The position numbers and the translations under genes are program-made. A model generated the notes under the pieces. The model did not search any database and was not told the DNA's origin. It saw nothing but the letters and a program-made list of their open reading frames with translations. DNA of 63,648 nucleotides, filler included, from Folioceros fuciformis (lineage: Eukaryota): assembly GCA_049999805.1 (NCBI GenBank). It is 8 parts of 8 records of this genome, joined end to end, with 100 filler letters (N's around TTAATTAATTAA, not from the genome) between each part and the next. Parts side by side here need not be neighbours in the genome. Positions count along the whole stretch, not along the records: positions 57,937 to 61,056 come from JBNGIO010006448.1; positions 61,157 to 63,648 come from JBNGIO010006450.1; 6 more parts are not named here. The stretch is one strand, 5' to 3'. Shown here piece after piece: positions 57,937 to 63,648 of this stretch (the first letter of the stretch is position 1; each line of letters opens with the position of its first letter).

Positions 57937-60900
57937 CATCTGTCATTTTGAATTCGCCGCTAAGTAGATCTTTGAGCTCATTGATCATCTCCAGACTGTT
58001 AGACATAAGAATTAAGTCATCTACATAAATGGCCAGTGCCAGAAACTCTTTGTTCTTCCCTCTCTTCACATACACATTAGAGTCAGCATGGATAGGTAAA
58101 TAACCATGTGCAATTAGAAAGTTGTGTATGCGTGAGTACCAAGCCCGTGGGCTTTGTTTGAGGCCATATATTGTTTTGCGAAGCTTACACACATTCTGAC
58201 CTTTGTCCTTTGCTGTGATCAGGCCAGCTGGTGGCAGCATATATATTTCTTCATTCAGATTACCATATAAGAAAGCAGTTTTGACATCGAGCTGTTCAAG
58301 CTCATAATCATGGATAGCTGCCAAAGCTAGGAAGATGCGCAAAGTACTCATCTTAACAATTGGACTGAAAGTATCTGAATAATCAACTCCAGGGACTTGT
58401 GAGTACCCTTTGGCAACAACTCTTCCTTTATATCTGTCCACTGAGCCGTCGGATTTCAGCTTAATCTTAAATACCCATTTGGAGCCGACAGCCTTCCTAC
58501 CAACTGGAAGCTGAGTCAGGGACCATGTATCGTTCTCCTTCAATGAAGCTAACTCTGATGCTATTGCAGCCTTCCAATGAAGTGCATCAGAGCAGGTGAT
58601 CGCATCCTCATACGTCAAAGGTTCATAGTGCTCTACTGTAGTAGATAGGCAGTAGGCTAAGTTAGACTTAGGATGATCCTTAGAATGTGGATACGGATAC
58701 CTGAAGTCAACTGGTGTATAGAGGTCGATTTTCCCCGCCGTGGTCCTGACTGGCCTTTCCCTCGGTGGTACGGAAGCTGCCTTCTTTCGCTTGACAATGC
58801 CAGGAGATGAAATATGCTGCTGGCTGGAAGAAGGGGAATCAAATAGAGGGCCAGGTGAGACGACACCTTCCATGTCAAAATCTCCGAACACAATAGGTTC
58901 ACTAGCACCACTTGCAGCAGGTCTGATAGGGACTGTAGGGGCTGGTGTGGAAGGAGTTTGCTAAAAGATGGGAGGATGAAGTGGTGCTGTTGGGTGTGTG
59001 ACAGGTTGAGCTGCTGAAGGTAGTGTAAAGCCAACAACAGGCTGCTCATCAGCCTCCTCATCTGAGTCTGTGGCGAGGTCCGAAGATGAAGCTCCCACTG
59101 AATTAGTAGACTCAATGCCCTCAACGAAGATCACATCACGAGAGTGAGTTACCTTCTTGGTCCTTCTATCAATGACCTTGTAGCCCTTAATTCCTTCAGT
59201 GAAACCAAGAAAGATGCATGATGAGGACTTCTTATCAAATTTCTTACGAAGGTCTTTGTGAATGTGCACATAAACAGGAGAACCAAATACACGAAGATGA
59301 GAAATATTTGGTTTCTTGCCTGTCCATAACTCATAGGGAGTTTTACCCTCAACTGCAGCATGAGATATGCGGTTTTGGATATAAGTGGCATATGCCACAG
59401 CTTCAGCCCAATAGCATTTCGGAAGATCAGCATAGGTAAGCATACTTGTTACCGATGTTTCTAGAGCCTTGTTCTTGTTCTCTGGAACACCGTTCTGCTG
59501 AGGAGTGCGTGCATTAGTAAACTGTCTGCCAACGCCATAGTCCGTGCAGAATGCTTGAAAAGCTCCCGATGCATACTCGCCTCCATTATCGGAGCGAAGT
59601 ATCTTCAGCCTGTGATCAGTTTGATTTTCTGACCACAGCTTAAACTCCTTGAAACAGGCCAGAGTTTGGGACTTCAGCTTGATAAGGTACACCACACAAA
59701 AACGTGAGAAGTCATCAATGAAAGATAGAAAATAATGCATGCCCCCGAGTGATGCTGGGAAGGGTCCACCGACATCACTATGCACCAAAGCCAGTAGCTT
59801 GGTGGCCCTCTCAGCTGGCTCAGTTGGGAAAGGAGAGCGCTGATGTTTTCCAAGGACACAAGCATGGCATACTCCAAAATCAGATAAGTTGTCTAACTTC
59901 AGTCCTTTGACCAAGTTATCTCGATGCATTGTGACTAACTTCTGAAAATTGATGTGGCCTAATCGCAGATGCCACAAATAGGTCAAAGAGGGCTGAACCA
60001 TAGACTTGGTGCTGGCAGCTGCATAAGCATGAGATTGCTTTACATCCAAATGATAAAGATCATCAGATCTGAGGCCGCCAGTTGCCATAAGAGTGCCTTG
60101 AGCAGTTTCTACAACACACTTACTTCCACCAAAACAGATGAAGCACCCGGACTGATCAATTTTTCGAACTGATAGAAGGTTCTTGGTCAAGCCCGGTACA
60201 TAGAGGACATCAGGAATTTCAAGATGCTGATCTGGCTCAAGGTGTAATTTGATAGTACCTTGGCCTTGAATTTGGTGAGTAGTGCTGTCTCCCAAGCACA
60301 CAAATCTCTCACCTTGAGTAGGCTCCATGCTGGAGAAGTAAGCTTCATGGGGAGTCATGTGCTGAGAAGCTCCCGAGTCTATGTACCATACATGCTCAGC
60401 TTGAGTAGCGAGGCAAGTGACCACAAGAGCTGTGGAACACACATCCTTCTCGGTAAGTGCATGCTCCTTTACACTTGCTGTAAAAGCTTTTGAATACTTA
60501 TTCATCGTTACAGCCAAGTGGCCTGATGAGTGGCCACCTCCAGATGCATTGGCCAACCGTTTTCTGCAGACCTCCCACGTGTGGTTGTTGAGGCCACAGT
60601 AGCCACATGGTGGCTTTCCTCTTCCAGCAGAAAAATTCGGTGGTTTGAACGAGGCACCGCGGCCTCTACCTCGACCACGTACAAAGGGGCGTCCCCTTCC
60701 TCTCCCTCGGCCTGATTTGTTTATAAACAATGCTTTGTCTCCTGCAGTAGATAGGGATGACATCTTCCTTCGTGTCTCCTCTGTCAACATAGCAGATATA
60801 ACCCGATTGACTGTGATCGTGGGAATACCTTGCAGGGATTGGACGACATTGGTCCAGCTTTCAGGCAATTGAGAGAGTAAAATAACCGCCATTATATCAT

Positions 60901-61056
60901 CATCCAGTTCAAAACCAAGTGCAAGAAATTTTGTTTGCCAACTCCTGTAGGTAAGGACATGCTCAGCCACATTATCAGTTTCGGACATTCGTAACCCTAT
61001 AAACATTTTGAGTGTATGTGTTTTCAGCATTAAGTCTACTGCATCATACACTTCCA
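57937..61056 (-). mobile_element. Copia gag-pol internal region (both ends in gaps), disrupted near 58961
   Basis: Motifs CGYCGLNNHTWEVC, WYIDSGASQHM, LWHLRLGH, HSDVGGP, SDNGGEY, QLDVKTAFL, IYVDD. Confidence 0.93.
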
Positions 61057-61155
61057 NNNNNNNNNNNNNNNNNNNNNNNNNNNNNNNNNNNNNNNNNNNN
61101 TTAATTAATTAANNNNNNNNNNNNNNNNNNNNNNNNNNNNNNNNNNNNNNNNNNN

Positions 61156-63648
61156 NGTACTGCTGGAAGTGCTACCTCCAGCACTACCGGATGTGTACCC
61201 GGGAGATGGTCCTGCTGTTTCTCCCCCATAGGGAGCTTTGCTCCACGAGACAAACGAAACTTCAGCAGGTCCTGTAGGTTTAGACCTAAAGGTCACACCT
61301 TTCCTGCCAAAATCAAACACACAAGCTGTCCCGTACAACCACGGTCTCCCAAGGAGCACCTTGTACCCTAGGTCAGACACTGGCCTCATGACAATGTAGG
61401 TTAGCTTGAACATGATCCCTCCTATCACCGTGGGCACATCCTTCAACACTCCTAGAGGCTTCCTCTTGGTCTGATCTGCCATCCGAAGGTACACGCGGAT
61501 AGGGTCAAACTCCGTGAACCCCAAACGATGGGCTGTGTCCTCCGTCATGAGGTTGACACCAGACCCCGTATCCAACGGTACATCCGGTACCAGACAACCT
61601 GCAATCTCCACCTCTATTTCAGGAGCTCCACAATCAGCCAACTCCACTGAACTCATCCACGTCGGGACTGTCTTCCCTTCGAGTGGCTCCGGTATCCCTC
61701 GGATGGCTTCCTTGACGATCTTCCTGGCCTTGGGACTAACAGACAAGAGCTGTCTCAAGCTCACCACAAACTCCTGGTCAAGCAAGGCGTCAGCAAATCC
61801 AGCAACCTTCATGGCCAAAGCCTCCCTTGCTGTTGTTGTCTTAGGAGGATTGATCCCTCCATCCTCCTCGCTTCGATCAACCTTCTCTCCTTCGTGTTCC
61901 TTCTCCAAGGGACTTGCACTCTCCACCACCCCTGTCACAAGAGGGTCTGCAAACGTGACCTTCTTAGACCGGTGCATCAGCCTAGTAAGCTCTTCCTCCA
62001 GCATTGCAGCAACCTCCTTGCTGATGTCGGGTGGGAATGCTGATTCTTCAACCTCTCCTTCATCTAGTTCACCTTCCTCTCGATGGGGTGGATCAACCTC
62101 TTGTCCCGTCGACACATCATTCTTCCCTTGCTGGACGAGTGGTTCCTCCCTTGCCTCCGATGGTTTAGGAGTGTTGTCACGTTCTCTCCTCCTTCTCTTC
62201 TCTTCCTTCTTCGTCTTCTCCCGATAACGACGTTCAGAACGAGTGGTGACCCTTGCCACCATGACGTCTTCACCATCGCTAGCTTCGCCTGAATATCCCT
62301 CCTCCACAATGCCAGAAAATGCGTGAGAGTCAATCAAAGGCTCCTCCTCAGCCTCCACCGACAACACAGGTGCGCTTGTCACTGGAGTTGTTGTCTCCAC
62401 CGCAGAAGGAAGTCCCTCTTGCGGTGCCTCCGTGATCCTCACTCCAGATCTAGGCAGCGCAGGCCTAGGGATGCCCGAACACCTTGGATCCCCAGCCCTG
62501 TGCCCTGGATCCTTACACACCTGACAAAACGGCACAAATCCAAGTTGCCTACGTGGCTCTGTGCACTCGTTAGCATAGTGTCCCGGCAAGCCACAATTAA
62601 AACAACACCCTGCTGCCACCACTTGTGGACGTTGGGACGGATCTGGCCTCCAATGGCCTGGAGATACTGGACGAGGACCATACCTCATTCCAGGAGGTCC
62701 TGGTGGTTGGAAAGATGGCCGAATGGACTGTGGTGGTCGAGGAGCAGTCACAGCCTGTACCTGATAGGAGTCATCCACGTACCAATAGTCTCCTGGTAGG
62801 TAGGTGTCCACTTGGTTGACGGCGTGGCGGGGAGCCCTAGTGCACTCTTGGTGGGTGTGTCCTGATTGGTGACAAATAGAACAGTACACCAGCTGCCGAC
62901 CCGGTGAAGGTGACCTCCTTGGTGCTTGGTTGCGTACAGCCTTCACCTCCAGCTCGGCCAGCCTCCTCGTCAATGCCTCAACCTGACTGGTCAGTCCTCC
63001 ACCACTTGAGGATGGTTCGCCTCTCTCCATCCTATAGGATCCTTTACCTCTCTTGTCCTTCTCAGCTCGACGATCCTCATCCTCTTCGCGCCTCTTGCGT
63101 GCTTTCTCCAGGTCCTTCCTCATCCTCTTCTCATAAGCCTTATCGGACTCCTCATCGGTGTAAGAATCCGTCACAAGGCTGTCATAATCGGGATCAGAGT
63201 GAGACGGTGACCTCGACCTTGAAGAGGAAGATGGGCTGTGATGTCTTGACCTCCTATGATGCCCATACTTCCGGTTCTGCTTCCTCTTCTCTCTGCTCAA
63301 CTCCGAAAGCTCAAAATCTTCAGCAGCCTTCAAAGCCTCCTGCAAAGTGGTCACACCTCTTGTGCAGTAGGTTGCCATCCTATCAGGTAGTCCTCCAGCA
63401 AACCAATCCAAAGCTTGAGCATCCGTGTACCCTGGAGTACTCGGACCTCCCGGAACAACTGGCCTACCACGTGGAATCCTGTCCACATAGCTGTAGAACC
63501 TCTCAATGTAGTCATAGAGATCCTCCTTCCTTCCTCGCTTCAAAGTCCTCAACCTCGCGTAGGTGTGATGGCCATGGCTGAGACCTCGGAACCTGGTCAA
63601 GAAATCGTCCTTCAGGCTGTCCCAATCCACTGGTGGTGTCACTCCATA
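61156..63648 (-). mobile_element. Ty3/Gypsy gag-protease ORF
   Basis: Retrotrans-gag WDSLKDDFLTRF; three CCHC knuckles; aspartic protease LDTGSGVNLM...VLLGRPWL; open for more than 820 codons. Confidence 0.9.

Overview
This is gapped nuclear DNA from a seed-free land plant, in eight contigs joined by artificial N-TTAATTAATTAA-N linkers. The DYW:KP/GRP PPR genes and short introns suggest a hornwort, though a fern or lycophyte is possible. Two housekeeping genes are intact: mitochondrial lipoyl synthase (4 exons) and an sn-2 GPAT4/6/8-type acyltransferase/phosphatase (2 exons). Most of the rest is transposons: several Copia elements, nested LTRs, a Gypsy gag-protease, a CRE-like non-LTR relic and a Harbinger transposase. 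Two tandem arrays stand out. The first is a head-to-tail ~3.96-kb array of PLS-PPR genes with the DYW:KP 'GRP' C-terminus, the class linked to U-to-C RNA editing. Its two readable copies have near-identical catalytic halves but differ at 5 of 8 P/S motif code pairs, and one copy is joined to a Copia LTR-gag. The second is a ~4.76-kb tandem unit carrying a decayed Harbinger transposase, a captured LHCB exon fragment and an intact intronless PUX7-like UAS-UBX gene with a new N-terminus of tandem SIM/AIM-like acidic repeats. Also present are an SPP pseudogene, several PPR relics, a histone-H4-like pseudo-ORF, a palindromic 37-bp satellite next to interstitial telomere repeats, and an extra ORF upstream of gag in a Copia element. 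Family calls come from motifs recognised by eye; no searches were run.
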